The notes under the pieces were generated by a model. That model was not told where the DNA came from. It ran no database searches and saw only the letters and a list, made by a program, of their open reading frames with translations. From an uncultured Erysipelotrichaceae bacterium (GTDB taxonomy: Bacteria; Bacillota_I; Bacilli_A; RFN20; DUOF01), in assembly GCA_964442785.1 (NCBI GenBank), contig CAYTZW010000002.1, positions 2,457-66,456 on the forward strand: a DNA stretch of 64,000 nucleotides, given 5' to 3'. Each line of letters starts with the position of its first letter. The stretch's first letter is position 1. The position numbers and the translations under genes are program-made. Shown one piece after another: positions 1 through 10,157 of the stretch.

Positions 1-562
1 CAACTTCTACAGGAGTTTCTCTACCAAAGAAAATAGCACTTACGACAACCATTTTTCTTGTCATATCAATAGATTGAACAGTTCCTTGACTTCCTGCCAA
101 AGGACCATTAAGAATTCTAACATCATCGCCTGCTTGATAACCACAGAACATATCTTCTTCAACCATACCCATTCTTTTTAAGACAGGCTCAATTTGTTCT
201 TTAGGTAAAGGGAAAGGTTTAGCTCCTCTACCAGAAGAACCAACGAATCCTGTTACTCCAGGAGTATTTCTTACTACATACCAAGCTTCATCAGTCATTA
301 TCATTTCAATGAAAACATAGCCAGGGTAAGTATTTTTCATTTTAACTTTTCCAGTACTTACTCCGTCTTTCATAACAGGTATTTCTTGTTCAGCAACAAT
401 TACTCTAAAAATGTAATCTTGCATATTCATACTTTCAATTCTTCTAATAAGATTGTCTTTTACTTTATTTTCGTGTCCTGAATAAGCATTTACAACATAC
501 CATTTTTTTTCATTAGAAACTTTTTCTTCTAAAATTTCTTCATTTATTCTGTTTTCTTCCAT
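1..562 (-). CDS. nusG: Transcription termination/antitermination factor NusG. The C-terminus is truncated by the window edge.
   Basis: Reverse-strand translation starts MEENRINEEILEEKVSNEKKWYVVNAYSGHENKV and reaches the KOW region (FGRETPVEV). It sits in the conserved secE-nusG arrangement. Confidence 0.9.
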   Translation of the reverse strand, partial: MEENRINEEILEEKVSNEKKWYVVNAYSGHENKVKDNLIRRIESMNMQDYIFRVIVAEQEIPVMKDGVSTGKVKMKNTYPGYVFIEMIMTDEAWYVVRNTPGVTGFVGSSGRGAKPFPLPKEQIEPVLKRMGMVEEDMFCGYQAGDDVRILNGPLAGSQGTVQSIDMTRKMVVVSAIFFGRETPVEV

Positions 563-573
563 ATTTTCACCCA

Positions 574-765
574 CTACATACTTAAGCCTATCATCTTAAA
601 CAATTCAATAATGACAGCATTTAAAATATAAAATACTAAACCAAAAAATACTAAATATAATAATACTTTTAAAGTTGTAACCACGATTTCTTTAGGTTTT
701 GCCCATCTAACTTTAGTAGATTCATAAGCAACTCCTCTAAAATATCTTCCTATTGCCTTAAACAT
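574..765 (-). CDS. secE: Preprotein translocase subunit SecE
   Basis: 63-aa single-TM protein immediately upstream of nusG, in the canonical rpmG-secE-nusG order. Confidence 0.85.
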   Translation of the reverse strand: MFKAIGRYFRGVAYESTKVRWAKPKEIVVTTLKVLLYLVFFGLVFYILNAVIIELFKMIGLSM

Positions 766-777
766 TTATATTCCTCC

Positions 778-924
778 TTATTTACTTTGCTTGTGCAAAG
801 TATGTTCATTACATTTTTTACAAAACTTAACTACTTCAAGTCTTTTATCATCAGAAGACTTAATTGTCGTGGTATAATTTCGTGATAAACACTTTGTGCA
901 TACCAATAAAACTTTTTTTCTCAT
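778..924 (-). CDS. rpmG: 50S ribosomal protein L33
   Basis: My own translation gives a 48-aa product [48 protein letters not shown] with Cys-x2-Cys zinc-ribbon pairs. It is absent from the ORF track only because it is under 60 aa. Confidence 0.85.
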   Translation of the reverse strand: MRKKVLLVCTKCLSRNYTTTIKSSDDKRLEVVKFCKKCNEHTLHKQSK

Positions 925-990
925 ATAAACCACCTTATCAATAAAAATCTAACACATCTAAAAATAATAGTCAATTTTTATTCTTTTTTT

Positions 991-1587
991 TTAGCAATTT
1001 GTTAGTTTTTTCTTCAATTTATAAAGTATATAGTCTACTCTTTTTTCATTAATTCCTAAACAAGAAGCAATTTCTTTGTAACTTTTTCCTTCTTTTTTAA
1101 GTTTAACAACCATTCTTTCTTCCTTACTGAGTTTAGATAAAATGTCACAAAACTTTTCTTGTTTGCTCTTAAAATGATAATTTTCTTCCATTTCATTAAT
1201 AAGATATTTTGATTCAATAGTATCAATATAAGTTAACCCTTCAGAGTCTTGTATGCTAGAATCAAGAGAAACCGCAGTCGTTAAAGCTTTTCTATTATTA
1301 TAATTTAATTCTCGCACACATTTAATAATAATCCTTTCAACACATATTTTAAAATACGCCCTAAAAAAGCCTAAATGACTTTCATATTCATCTATAATCC
1401 CATCAAATTTAGACCATATCAAATAATATATATCTTCAATTTCCAGTTTATTAACATAAATTATATTCTTTTTTTCATTAATCCACTTATAAACTAATTT
1501 GTCATACCTTAATTTTAAAAACCTATAAGCTTCTTTATTTCCTTCTCTTATAAAGGTTATCAATAATTCATCAGGGCATTCATTCAA
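991..1587 (-). CDS. sigH: Sigma-70 family RNA polymerase sigma factor (SigH-like)
   Basis: 198 aa with a C-terminal region-4 HTH (SYKEIASCLGINEKRVDYILYKLKKKL). Position between rlmB and rpmG-secE-nusG matches Bacillus sigH. Confidence 0.75.
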   Translation of the reverse strand: MNECPDELLITFIREGNKEAYRFLKLRYDKLVYKWINEKKNIIYVNKLEIEDIYYLIWSKFDGIIDEYESHLGFFRAYFKICVERIIIKCVRELNYNNRKALTTAVSLDSSIQDSEGLTYIDTIESKYLINEMEENYHFKSKQEKFCDILSKLSKEERMVVKLKKEGKSYKEIASCLGINEKRVDYILYKLKKKLTNC

Positions 1588-1598
1588 TTTTATTCCTC

Positions 1599-2324
1599 CT
1601 ATAATGGATTTTGTTGTGAATGAATTTGATATAAAAGAATTCCTGTAGCGACCGAAACATTTAAAGAATTTACGTGTCCTACCATTGGCAACTTAACTTT
1701 ATAATCACAATGTTTTAATACCAGTTTGGAAATTCCTTTTCCTTCCGAACCGACAACTAGAGCAATTTTACCTTTACAATCAACTTCACGATAATCCAAA
1801 GAATTATCTTCTTCCGCTCCAACAACCCAAAAACCAATAGATTTAAGATTATCAATCAGGTTATTTAGATTAGTAACTTGGCAAACACGAATATGCTCAA
1901 TCGCTCCTGTAGAAACTTTAGCCACTGTTTCACTTAAAGGAGCATTTCCAAACTTTGGAACAAAAACACCGTCAACACCAATAGCATCACAAGTTCTTAA
2001 AATAGCCCCAAAATTATGAGGGTCTTCAATTCCGTCAGCAATAAGAATTATTGAATTTTCTTTGTTCTTTACTATTTTTTCAATACTTTGATAATCAGCG
2101 TATTCATAAGATTTTATCTTCGCAATAATACCTTGATGTAATCCTTTATTAGTCAATTTATTAGCTCTTGCTAAATCAATATATTTAACTTCTAAATGAT
2201 TATCTTCAATTAACTTTAAAATCTTATAATCTTGAAAATTATCAACTAACAAAATTTCTTCAATACCCTTGTTACTTTTTATCCTTTCACTTACAACATT
2301 TTTTCCATATATATATTGTGCCAT
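1599..2324 (-). CDS. rlmB: 23S rRNA (guanosine-2'-O)-methyltransferase RlmB, SpoU/TrmH family
   Basis: SpoU motifs (EDPHNFGAILRTCDAIG, VVGSEGKGIS, NVSVATGILLYQ). Start refined to MAQYIYGKN, which has an AAAGGAG RBS 7 nt upstream; the track ORF starts 19 codons earlier. Confidence 0.8.
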   Translation of the reverse strand: MAQYIYGKNVVSERIKSNKGIEEILLVDNFQDYKILKLIEDNHLEVKYIDLARANKLTNKGLHQGIIAKIKSYEYADYQSIEKIVKNKENSIILIADGIEDPHNFGAILRTCDAIGVDGVFVPKFGNAPLSETVAKVSTGAIEHIRVCQVTNLNNLIDNLKSIGFWVVGAEEDNSLDYREVDCKGKIALVVGSEGKGISKLVLKHCDYKVKLPMVGHVNSLNVSVATGILLYQIHSQQNPL

Positions 2325-2432
2325 AAAACCACTCCTTTTTGGTCTCATCTTTTTCTCAAATAAGTTTACCATTTTATTCAAAAAAGAAAAAGGAACAAAT
2401 GTTTAATTTTCAATTTGTTCCTTTCACAAAAT

Positions 2433-5400
2433 CTAATCAACACTTAGAAAAATAATTTTCTTTAAGGCATTTTTACCACTTGTTGAAGCCTCTAATTCAT
2501 CAATCTTTTCAACGATTAAATCATATAGCATTTTATTCTCAATCATAATTTTCTTATCATCAGGAATATCATTTTCATTAATCATAGAAGTTACAATAAC
2601 AGAATTAGCAAGTCCTACAAATAATCCGTCATCTCCAAATAAATCATTTACGTTATTTTCATTAACACTAAATGTTTCAAATGGTAACATTTCTTCTAAT
2701 TTGTCTTTTATTTGAAGTTCTTTTGTCCAATTAATTTCTACAATATCTAAATCATCAACAAAATTAGCAGTTGTAACCGTAGTAGCATCATTATCTAAAT
2801 CGATATCAGTTAATAAAGTCTTTAACCTATTTTTGATTTGTCTAGTTGCTACAGGTCCAAAAATAGAAGAATTGTTTAAAGTTACTTTAAATTCATCTAA
2901 TGTAGGTCCAAATGAAGAACTATTTTCATCAATATTATCTAAATCTTGTAAATCATCATAAACTTTAAATTCATTTCGATAATTAGCACTAAAAATATCT
3001 AGTGTTTCAAGATAAGACTCATAATCTGCATTTTCTTCCACAGTAGGATTATTTTCATCTTCAAAGAAATAAGGTTTTACACGTTCTTTAATTTCACTAA
3101 GCAAAGTATCTTCAACAATAGCTTTTACAATAGTAGTTTCTCCAGCAGCATTCATTGCTTCAGTCAATTTATCTCCGTCTTCTCCTAAACCATTACTATA
3201 TCCCACTTCTCCAGGATAATTAATAGCTTCAAAATTTGTTTTAGTAGCAACTTCCTTATCCCAATTAACATCTCCGTTGTTATCTTCATCAAAAATATCT
3301 AAGGAATTAATAAATGTTTCACTTAATAAAGCCGTTCCATCAGTTTTCTCTAAATCTTTTAAACCTTCTTTTATTTTCTTAGAAACTAATTCTTTAACAA
3401 TAGTAGTGGCCTTAGCACTTTCAATAAAATCAGGAACCATTTCAATCGTTACTTCTTTTTCTACTTCGTGATTTACATCATCAGTAATGTTCCATAAAAG
3501 TTCATTTACCGCTAAAAGTTCATCATTCCAATCAACATTTTGAGTTAATTCATTTTGTGTTTTCTTTTCATCATTTTCAAATTCTAACAACTCATTAACC
3601 TTATCAGTTATCGTAGGTCCTAATGTTTTTGTTTGTAATAAAGATGATACAATTACACTTAAATCATTAATTCGAGTTTCGGTATCTTTAGCAATAGGAT
3701 CCATTTTACCAAGTTGTTCAAAATCATCAACGGCTTCTTGATTATCTAAAGCTTTCACCAATAATTTAATTTCTTTTTTCCAATCGGCTTTGGTAAAATC
3801 TGCCGTGCTTTCACTTTTTAAAACTTCACCGTCAAACTCAAAAGAACTAAGTTCATCATTAATACGATTTGTTACGACCAAATAAATTATTTCCGAACTA
3901 AATAAAGTATCAATACTAGCATCATCTTTTAAAATATCAATCATAACCTCACTAACATCTACTTCATCTTCAAACAAGCCTTCAGTAGCTAGTAATCTAT
4001 ACGCTCTTAATAAACTGGTAATTTCATTTTTCCAAACAATATCATCATAATTAATTGAATCATCAATAGTTTCAATTTGTGATTTAATAATATCAGGGAA
4101 TATAGCCATAAATACTTCTGAATTAGTTATTGCATTACTAAGTTCTAAAACTTCATCTTTTTCACTATTAACTTCTAAAGTAGCAATATAATCATTAACA
4201 TCGAAATCATCTTCAAAAGCTCCACCGTCATAGAAGAATTTAGCAGCTATTAAAAGATTTTTCATTTCACTTGACCAATCAATATCTTCAGGTAAAGTCG
4301 CTGTTCCATTTTCCATCATAGACGTTAAGACATCTTCCAAAGTAGGTTCCACAATTTCAGGTACTAAAGATGTAATAATCTTAGATTGCCCCATTTTTTC
4401 ACCCATTACTTCAATAACATCGTTGTCTTTAGATAAAACCGCTTCTAATAATTCAACATCATTTTCAATATCTTCAATAACACCTTCATTTGATAAAAGA
4501 ATTGCTAAAGACACAACATTTTTAAGTTCACTAGACCAAACAACATCATCTAATTCTAAATCGCTTGAAGTATAATTTTTATCTAATGTTTCATTAAAAT
4601 ATTTCAATATAAAGGTTTCAGAAACATCACCCAATACTTGAGAAATCAAAGTAGACTCAAATAAATTATCAATCAATTCATCAACCTTTTCTTCATTAAG
4701 TTCTGATAAAAGTTCACTTCCCTTAGCAGACAATTCATATTCATTACTTTCTTCATTTAAAGTAATAATTCCCGCATCTTTTATTTTAGCAATAGAGTTT
4801 AAAATAGTTTTTAATTCACCTGCCAAAGTACTTTCTTCCACTGCAAGAGTAACCGTTTTTTCGCCACCCATATCTTCAATAAAATTATTAACAACTTTTT
4901 CAAACTTAGGTATCAAATAAGTATCATACAATTCATTTAATAAATCAGATTTTTCAATGTAAGAAACCAAAGAATCAACATATTCACTATCAAGTGTAGC
5001 GATAACATTATAGTAATTATCCGTGATTTCCGTTCCTTCAAAAACAGGTAATTTGACAATTTCTCCAATAATATTAAAGAAATTTTCAATTTCCTTAGCA
5101 AAATTAATTTTAGCAATATCAAATCCTTCTGGTAATTTCGTTTCTTTTTCAATCACTTTAACTCCAACATTGTCCATTAAAGTAACAAGTAAATCAACAC
5201 TAGCGATTTTATCACCTAAAAGTTGGAATTCTTCAGAACTTAAGCGACTTAAAATAGCCACCAAATCAATTTCACCACTTATAGATAAACCTTTACTTTC
5301 TAAAAGAATATAAGTATCAAAAGTAGCACTCAAATCACTTTGAAGATTAACTTTTTTTCCATATAATTTCATATTAGACATTACTTTAAAAAGATTTTTA

Positions 5401-5987
5401 TCCATATCAGCAACCGAAACTACCTTAGAAAAACTAGAATCCGTATAATATTTAGTTATTTCACAACTATTAAAATCATCAGAAACAAGACATTTAGTTT
5501 CACCATTATCTTCTCTTAAAGTTGAAATAGTACCCACAAAAGGAGTAGTTACCAATAAAACTATCAAAAAAGCATTTAAAGTACTAATCGCACTACCACC
5601 AAATCGAGATGCCCAAGTTTTTGGTTTTTTCTCTCCACTAAAGATAATTTTTCTAAAAATCCTTCTAAATATTAATTTAATAGGGAAAAGAACAATCATA
5701 AGAACTATCCAAACAAGTCCTGAAAAGAAAATTCTTAATAATCCCGATAAAGCTTCTTTCAGTTCTGCATTTGACATATATTCCGCTAATTCACTTTTCG
5801 TTTCTTCAGGAATGAAATCTACTATCAAACTAGAAAAAGTAGGAAGTACTATCCAAATAACTAAAAACAGAATTAAATTAAAGCACAAACCAAAAGTGGA
5901 TTTATACATTCCTTTCCATAATCCCCATAAAAATGAAAGACCTAAAAAAGCAAAAAATACTACATCTATAATCATTGAAATTTCCAT
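2433..5987 (-). CDS. Giant (1184 aa) acidic membrane protein: N-terminal CvpA-like 4-TM domain followed by about 1000 aa of Asp/Glu-rich internal repeats
   Basis: N-terminus MIIDVVFFAFLGLSFLWGLWKG resembles the CvpA family. Downstream there are about 8 repeats of 75-95 aa, each starting with D-x-x-W-[SKND]-x-E-[LIM]. Confidence 0.6.
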   Translation of the reverse strand: MEISMIIDVVFFAFLGLSFLWGLWKGMYKSTFGLCFNLILFLVIWIVLPTFSSLIVDFIPEETKSELAEYMSNAELKEALSGLLRIFFSGLVWIVLMIVLFPIKLIFRRIFRKIIFSGEKKPKTWASRFGGSAISTLNAFLIVLLVTTPFVGTISTLREDNGETKCLVSDDFNSCEITKYYTDSSFSKVVSVADMDKNLFKVMSNMKLYGKKVNLQSDLSATFDTYILLESKGLSISGEIDLVAILSRLSSEEFQLLGDKIASVDLLVTLMDNVGVKVIEKETKLPEGFDIAKINFAKEIENFFNIIGEIVKLPVFEGTEITDNYYNVIATLDSEYVDSLVSYIEKSDLLNELYDTYLIPKFEKVVNNFIEDMGGEKTVTLAVEESTLAGELKTILNSIAKIKDAGIITLNEESNEYELSAKGSELLSELNEEKVDELIDNLFESTLISQVLGDVSETFILKYFNETLDKNYTSSDLELDDVVWSSELKNVVSLAILLSNEGVIEDIENDVELLEAVLSKDNDVIEVMGEKMGQSKIITSLVPEIVEPTLEDVLTSMMENGTATLPEDIDWSSEMKNLLIAAKFFYDGGAFEDDFDVNDYIATLEVNSEKDEVLELSNAITNSEVFMAIFPDIIKSQIETIDDSINYDDIVWKNEITSLLRAYRLLATEGLFEDEVDVSEVMIDILKDDASIDTLFSSEIIYLVVTNRINDELSSFEFDGEVLKSESTADFTKADWKKEIKLLVKALDNQEAVDDFEQLGKMDPIAKDTETRINDLSVIVSSLLQTKTLGPTITDKVNELLEFENDEKKTQNELTQNVDWNDELLAVNELLWNITDDVNHEVEKEVTIEMVPDFIESAKATTIVKELVSKKIKEGLKDLEKTDGTALLSETFINSLDIFDEDNNGDVNWDKEVATKTNFEAINYPGEVGYSNGLGEDGDKLTEAMNAAGETTIVKAIVEDTLLSEIKERVKPYFFEDENNPTVEENADYESYLETLDIFSANYRNEFKVYDDLQDLDNIDENSSSFGPTLDEFKVTLNNSSIFGPVATRQIKNRLKTLLTDIDLDNDATTVTTANFVDDLDIVEINWTKELQIKDKLEEMLPFETFSVNENNVNDLFGDDGLFVGLANSVIVTSMINENDIPDDKKIMIENKMLYDLIVEKIDELEASTSGKNALKKIIFLSVD

Positions 5988-5990
5988 TTT

Positions 5991-6449
5991 TTATTCCTCC
6001 TCTTTTTTATTCTTGGAATTTAAAAATTCTACATACATTTTTTTGTAAAAAATTATTCCAAACAACATATATGCAAGAAAAATGAAATGAATCAAGAAAC
6101 TAACAACATCATATGAAAAGAAATACAAAAACATATCTAAAAAATAGAAAATAACGAAACTAATAAAAACTTTTATTCTTCCTTTTTGAGTTTCTTTCCA
6201 AATAAAAAAAATCATTAAAGATATACTAATGCTAATTGACAAATCAACTAAAATTCCTAATGCTGTAGAAGTATCAGAAATAATTCCCCCTAATTGATTA
6301 ACTAATCGATTAATTTCTAACAAATAAATCATTGTTTCATTGTTAAAGTAATAGAATATAGACCTTACCACCACAAAAATAGCAATAATCAACAAACTAT
6401 TTGTTGCTTTTAAATATTTCAAACGATACTTTTCAACTTCATCATTCAT
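5991..6449 (-). CDS. Small polytopic membrane protein of unknown function
   Basis: 152-aa ORF with several hydrophobic segments. Confidence 0.5.
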   Translation of the reverse strand: MNDEVEKYRLKYLKATNSLLIIAIFVVVRSIFYYFNNETMIYLLEINRLVNQLGGIISDTSTALGILVDLSISISISLMIFFIWKETQKGRIKVFISFVIFYFLDMFLYFFSYDVVSFLIHFIFLAYMLFGIIFYKKMYVEFLNSKNKKEEE

Positions 6450-6636
6450 TTTTTTATCACCTAATAATATTATATATTATTTTATTTTGATATGAAACAT
6501 TTTTTCTTTTTTCAGCACTAATGTAAACATTCTTTCAATATTTAATGAAAAAAAGCAAAAGTAATACACATTTATTAATTTTGATATTGTTAAAATTTTT
6601 TTACCCTTATAAAATAAGTTGCGTGAGGTGAAACCT

Positions 6637-7911
6637 ATGTATTTAAAAAGCAGAATTTTCAAAATTGCAACTTTCTTAATCGGACTTGCAATGCTATTGG
6701 GTATTGGTTTTGTAGTTTACGATAATTGGGATAACATTAAATATTCAACTAGAAAAACTATGGACAACAATACCAAAAATAGTTATATCAAAATCAATGA
6801 CGGAAAAAGGAACACTAATTCTTTAGATGTTGAAGTAAGAATTAGTACTACCAATATGAAAGCTAACTATATTTCTTATACAACTTGTTTTGACCCAACC
6901 GACGGAAAAATGGTTTGTAATGATTGGTCTAATTATGAAGATAATCCTTTTATTAATTACACTGGAAAAAACATCAACTCTGATGCTGCTTGGAAAAAAA
7001 CCATAAGACTATATGATGCTTTACCAGATGAGCAACTACAAGGAAGACACGTTGTTAAAGTAAAGTATTATTCACTAGAAAAACTTATTCCAGGAACTTC
7101 AGGAACTATTGAGTTACTAGAAACCAAATCAAATTATATTTACTACGATTCAATAGCCCCTAAAATATCTACCAATTCTGTAAATGCTTGGACAAACAAT
7201 GAATATTTAGAAGTAAAATATAGTGATCCTTCAAATCCAAGTTATGCTGCTTCAGGAGTTAAATCTATAAAATACAAATTATGTCTAGAATTTGAAAGTG
7301 TTAATAATAAAACAACTTGTACTGAAGAAGCACCTGAAGTAACAGTCAAAAAATCAGTAAACAACAAATTCAAAATCAACCTTGAATTACCAAAAACTTA
7401 CGTTACAATTACCGTTACTGATAAAGCAGGAAATCAAACAGTATTTTCCCAAATTCTAAGAAAAGATGATACTTCACCTGTGGTAACTATCAACCAAAAT
7501 AAAGATGAAGAAACCGGAAGATTATTATCAATAAGTGTTTCTGCAAGCGATACAAACTCAATGCTAAATACTTTAAAATATACATTCTCTAATAGTGATA
7601 TAAGGCCAAATGAAGCTGAATTTACAAACGAATTATTCGAATATGACAATGTCAATATTGACATTCCTACCAAAAATAAAACTTATTATCTATGGATAAG
7701 AGCAGAAGACTTTGCTGGAAATGTTACTTATAAAAATAGTGGTCCTTTATATATTTGTGATAGTGTCGAATCCTGTGCTAAACTAACAAACAAAAAAAGA
7801 GATTATACTTCTTTACTTTATGTATCATTAGGAGTTGCTGTTGTTGCTACTGTTTCAATCGGAGTAATTCTAGCATCTAATAACAAAAAAAAGAAAAAAG
7901 AAGAACAATAA
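6637..7911 (+). CDS. Surface protein with N-terminal signal anchor, HYR/DUF5011-like Ig-fold region and C-terminal TM anchor plus a basic tail
   Basis: Start refined to MYLKSR after a GAGGTGA RBS. Carries the motif YYLWIRAEDFAGNVTY shared with the paralogs at 31.8-39 kb. The C-terminus LGVAVVATVSIGVILASNNKKKKKEEQ is a TM segment followed by a basic tail. Confidence 0.6.
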   Translation: MYLKSRIFKIATFLIGLAMLLGIGFVVYDNWDNIKYSTRKTMDNNTKNSYIKINDGKRNTNSLDVEVRISTTNMKANYISYTTCFDPTDGKMVCNDWSNYEDNPFINYTGKNINSDAAWKKTIRLYDALPDEQLQGRHVVKVKYYSLEKLIPGTSGTIELLETKSNYIYYDSIAPKISTNSVNAWTNNEYLEVKYSDPSNPSYAASGVKSIKYKLCLEFESVNNKTTCTEEAPEVTVKKSVNNKFKINLELPKTYVTITVTDKAGNQTVFSQILRKDDTSPVVTINQNKDEETGRLLSISVSASDTNSMLNTLKYTFSNSDIRPNEAEFTNELFEYDNVNIDIPTKNKTYYLWIRAEDFAGNVTYKNSGPLYICDSVESCAKLTNKKRDYTSLLYVSLGVAVVATVSIGVILASNNKKKKKEEQ

Positions 7912-7962
7912 AAGAATATAAAAACTAGTTTTAAAAGTGAAAACTCTCAAAACTAGTTTTTT
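7912..7962. terminator. Bidirectional terminator between convergent genes
   Basis: Two copies of the self-complementary AAAACTAGTTTT sequence, followed by a T-run. Confidence 0.5.
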
Positions 7963-8952
7963 CTATTTTAAGCCCAAGGCTATTGTTGCTCTATCAAGAG
8001 TTTGTGATGCCACTACTTTTGCTTTTTTAGCCCCGTCTGATAAAATTTGATTTAACAATTTTTCATCATTATATTTATAATACTTACTTTGAATATCAAG
8101 AAGAAGTTTGGCTACATTTTCAGCGACTTCTTTTTTTAATTCTCCATATCCTTTGCCTTCATATCTTTTTTCGATACTTTCAAAAGTTTCATCAGTTATT
8201 TTACTTAGAATACTCATAAGATTAGAAATACCAGGCTGATTTAATTCATCAAAATGAACTTTGTTCAAACTATCTGTTTTTGCCAACATAATTTTCCTTT
8301 TAGCAACTTCAATATTATCCATTAAAAAAATAGTTCCCTTATTATTTCCATTATCGGATTTATTCATTTTTTCTAATGGATTTTGTAAATTCAATATTTT
8401 ATTTCCAACCGGAGCTACATATACATCTGGCATAATAAATGTTTTTCCATATCTTTTATTAAATCTTTCTGCTAAATCACGAGTAAGTTCCACGTGCTGT
8501 TGTTGGTCTTTGCCTACTGGAACAATAGAAGTATCATAAAGCAGGATATCCGCAACCATTAAAGTAGGATAGACAAGCAAACCCGTATCAACACCTTCTT
8601 TACTTTGTTGTTGTGATTTATACTTAAATTGGGTCATCCGAGAAAGTTCTCCCATTTTAGTTTGAAAAGTCATTATAAAACCAAGTGTCCCGTGTTCTAA
8701 AACATCACTTTGTTTAAAAATAGTTGTGATATTAGGATTAATCCCACAAGCCAAATACATTGCCACTGAATCCATAACAGCACTTTTTAACCTACTTGGC
8801 TCAATATAACTTGTTATAGCGTGTAAATCCGCAATAAAAATGTAACTATTATACTTTTCTTGCCTATCAACAAAATTTTTAATTGCTCCTAAATAATTTC
8901 CTAATGTTAGATTTCCACTAGGTCTAACTCCTGTTAACATTGTTTTTTTCAT
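7963..8952 (-). CDS. trpS: Tryptophan--tRNA ligase
   Basis: 329 aa with class I aaRS motifs (PSGNLTLGNYLGA, KMNKS). Confidence 0.85.
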   Translation of the reverse strand: MKKTMLTGVRPSGNLTLGNYLGAIKNFVDRQEKYNSYIFIADLHAITSYIEPSRLKSAVMDSVAMYLACGINPNITTIFKQSDVLEHGTLGFIMTFQTKMGELSRMTQFKYKSQQQSKEGVDTGLLVYPTLMVADILLYDTSIVPVGKDQQQHVELTRDLAERFNKRYGKTFIMPDVYVAPVGNKILNLQNPLEKMNKSDNGNNKGTIFLMDNIEVAKRKIMLAKTDSLNKVHFDELNQPGISNLMSILSKITDETFESIEKRYEGKGYGELKKEVAENVAKLLLDIQSKYYKYNDEKLLNQILSDGAKKAKVVASQTLDRATIALGLK

Positions 8953-9230
8953 AATATAAAATCTCCTTTATTCAAATAAAAACCCGTTGATTGTTTTACG
9001 AAACAAAACATACCAACGGGTGTAGATTTTATATTTCAATATTTAATCCATTTATATGTTTTGTGAGTACTAAAAAGCATTCACAAAACATAACTATTTT
9101 TGTGAACACTAAATTAGATACGCCACCAAATAAATGAATTAAACATAAATAAACTCCTTTCAAAATATATAATTATTGTATGAAAAGTTTTTCTAAAAGT
9201 CAACTTAAGTACTCAAAGATGACTATATCA
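8953..9230 (-). promoter_or_regulatory. Structured 278-nt leader of trpS with an intrinsic terminator hairpin just 5' of the RBS; a T-box riboswitch is a candidate
   Basis: On the minus strand the hairpin ACCCGTTGG...CAACGGGT is followed by TTTTTATTT, directly before AAAGGAG and the ATG. There are further stem-loops upstream. The T-box consensus itself was not clearly recognisable. Confidence 0.45.
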
Positions 9231-10043
9231 CTAACCATTATTTTCTTCTAAAGCCTTTTTTACTCTATCACGATTAGATTTCACAATGGTATTTAATATC
9301 AAACCAATATAAATACAAATACCAATAATTTGGAATAACAACAATAAAATAAGCAACCAAGTCAAAGGCCCATAACTATTATTGAAATTGCTCAAATATT
9401 TACTATATAAGCCAAATAAAGATATAGCAATAGTAATACTAACCGCACTAAATAATGCTCCTTGCCATATTTCTTTTAATTTCAAAAATTTATCACTAGC
9501 TAATGAATATAATAAACAAGTCATAATAAATAACATTCCAAATTCCAAGAATATTTGTAAAACTGAACCGATTGTTTTCACTTTGCTTTCTCCAATTAAA
9601 TATGCCATTAAAGCACTTAAAGTAAAAAACAAAAACAATAAAACAATAAAACAACCTGTAAGAGCTAAAGACCTTAACTTTTTTTTGATAAAAGTATTTT
9701 TTTTGTCATATAAATTATTACTAACATTAATAAAAGTGTTGAAACCATTAGAAATAATTACCATAGAAACTAAAAGGTTAAATAACAAAGATATAACATT
9801 TTCCCAAGAATGACTATTACTTAAAAAGTCAATCAAACTAGTAGCAATATTATTAGGAAAAAGTATTTTTAAATAGTTTTGTAAAAAATCTGCAGGAATA
9901 GTAAATAAGGATAAAAAGAATTGCATAATAGTTAAAGAAGGTACTAAAGCAAAAATCATATAAAACGCAAAACTAGAAGGAAATAATGACCCTTTAGTAT
10001 TTTTCATTCCTTTTACTATCTTTTTTAAAACCTCATCATACAT
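9231..10043 (-). CDS. YihY/BrkB family membrane protein
   Basis: 270 aa, polytopic; the N-terminus and hydropathy pattern resemble the YihY family. Confidence 0.55.
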   Translation of the reverse strand: MYDEVLKKIVKGMKNTKGSLFPSSFAFYMIFALVPSLTIMQFFLSLFTIPADFLQNYLKILFPNNIATSLIDFLSNSHSWENVISLLFNLLVSMVIISNGFNTFINVSNNLYDKKNTFIKKKLRSLALTGCFIVLLFLFFTLSALMAYLIGESKVKTIGSVLQIFLEFGMLFIMTCLLYSLASDKFLKLKEIWQGALFSAVSITIAISLFGLYSKYLSNFNNSYGPLTWLLILLLLFQIIGICIYIGLILNTIVKSNRDRVKKALEENNG

Positions 10044-10157
10044 TTACACATCACCACACTAATATAGTATAGTGCTTTTTTTTACTAAAAAACAACAAAA
10101 AAAGAACTAAGTCAACCAACTAACCTAGTTCTTTACTAATCATTATCTAATTTTTTC

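Noticed and set aside
9000-9230. A tRNA or other small RNA gene in the ORF-free 278 nt upstream of trpS
   Set aside because: No cloverleaf-compatible GC-rich arms are seen. The position and terminator geometry fit a cis-regulatory leader rather than a separate gene.
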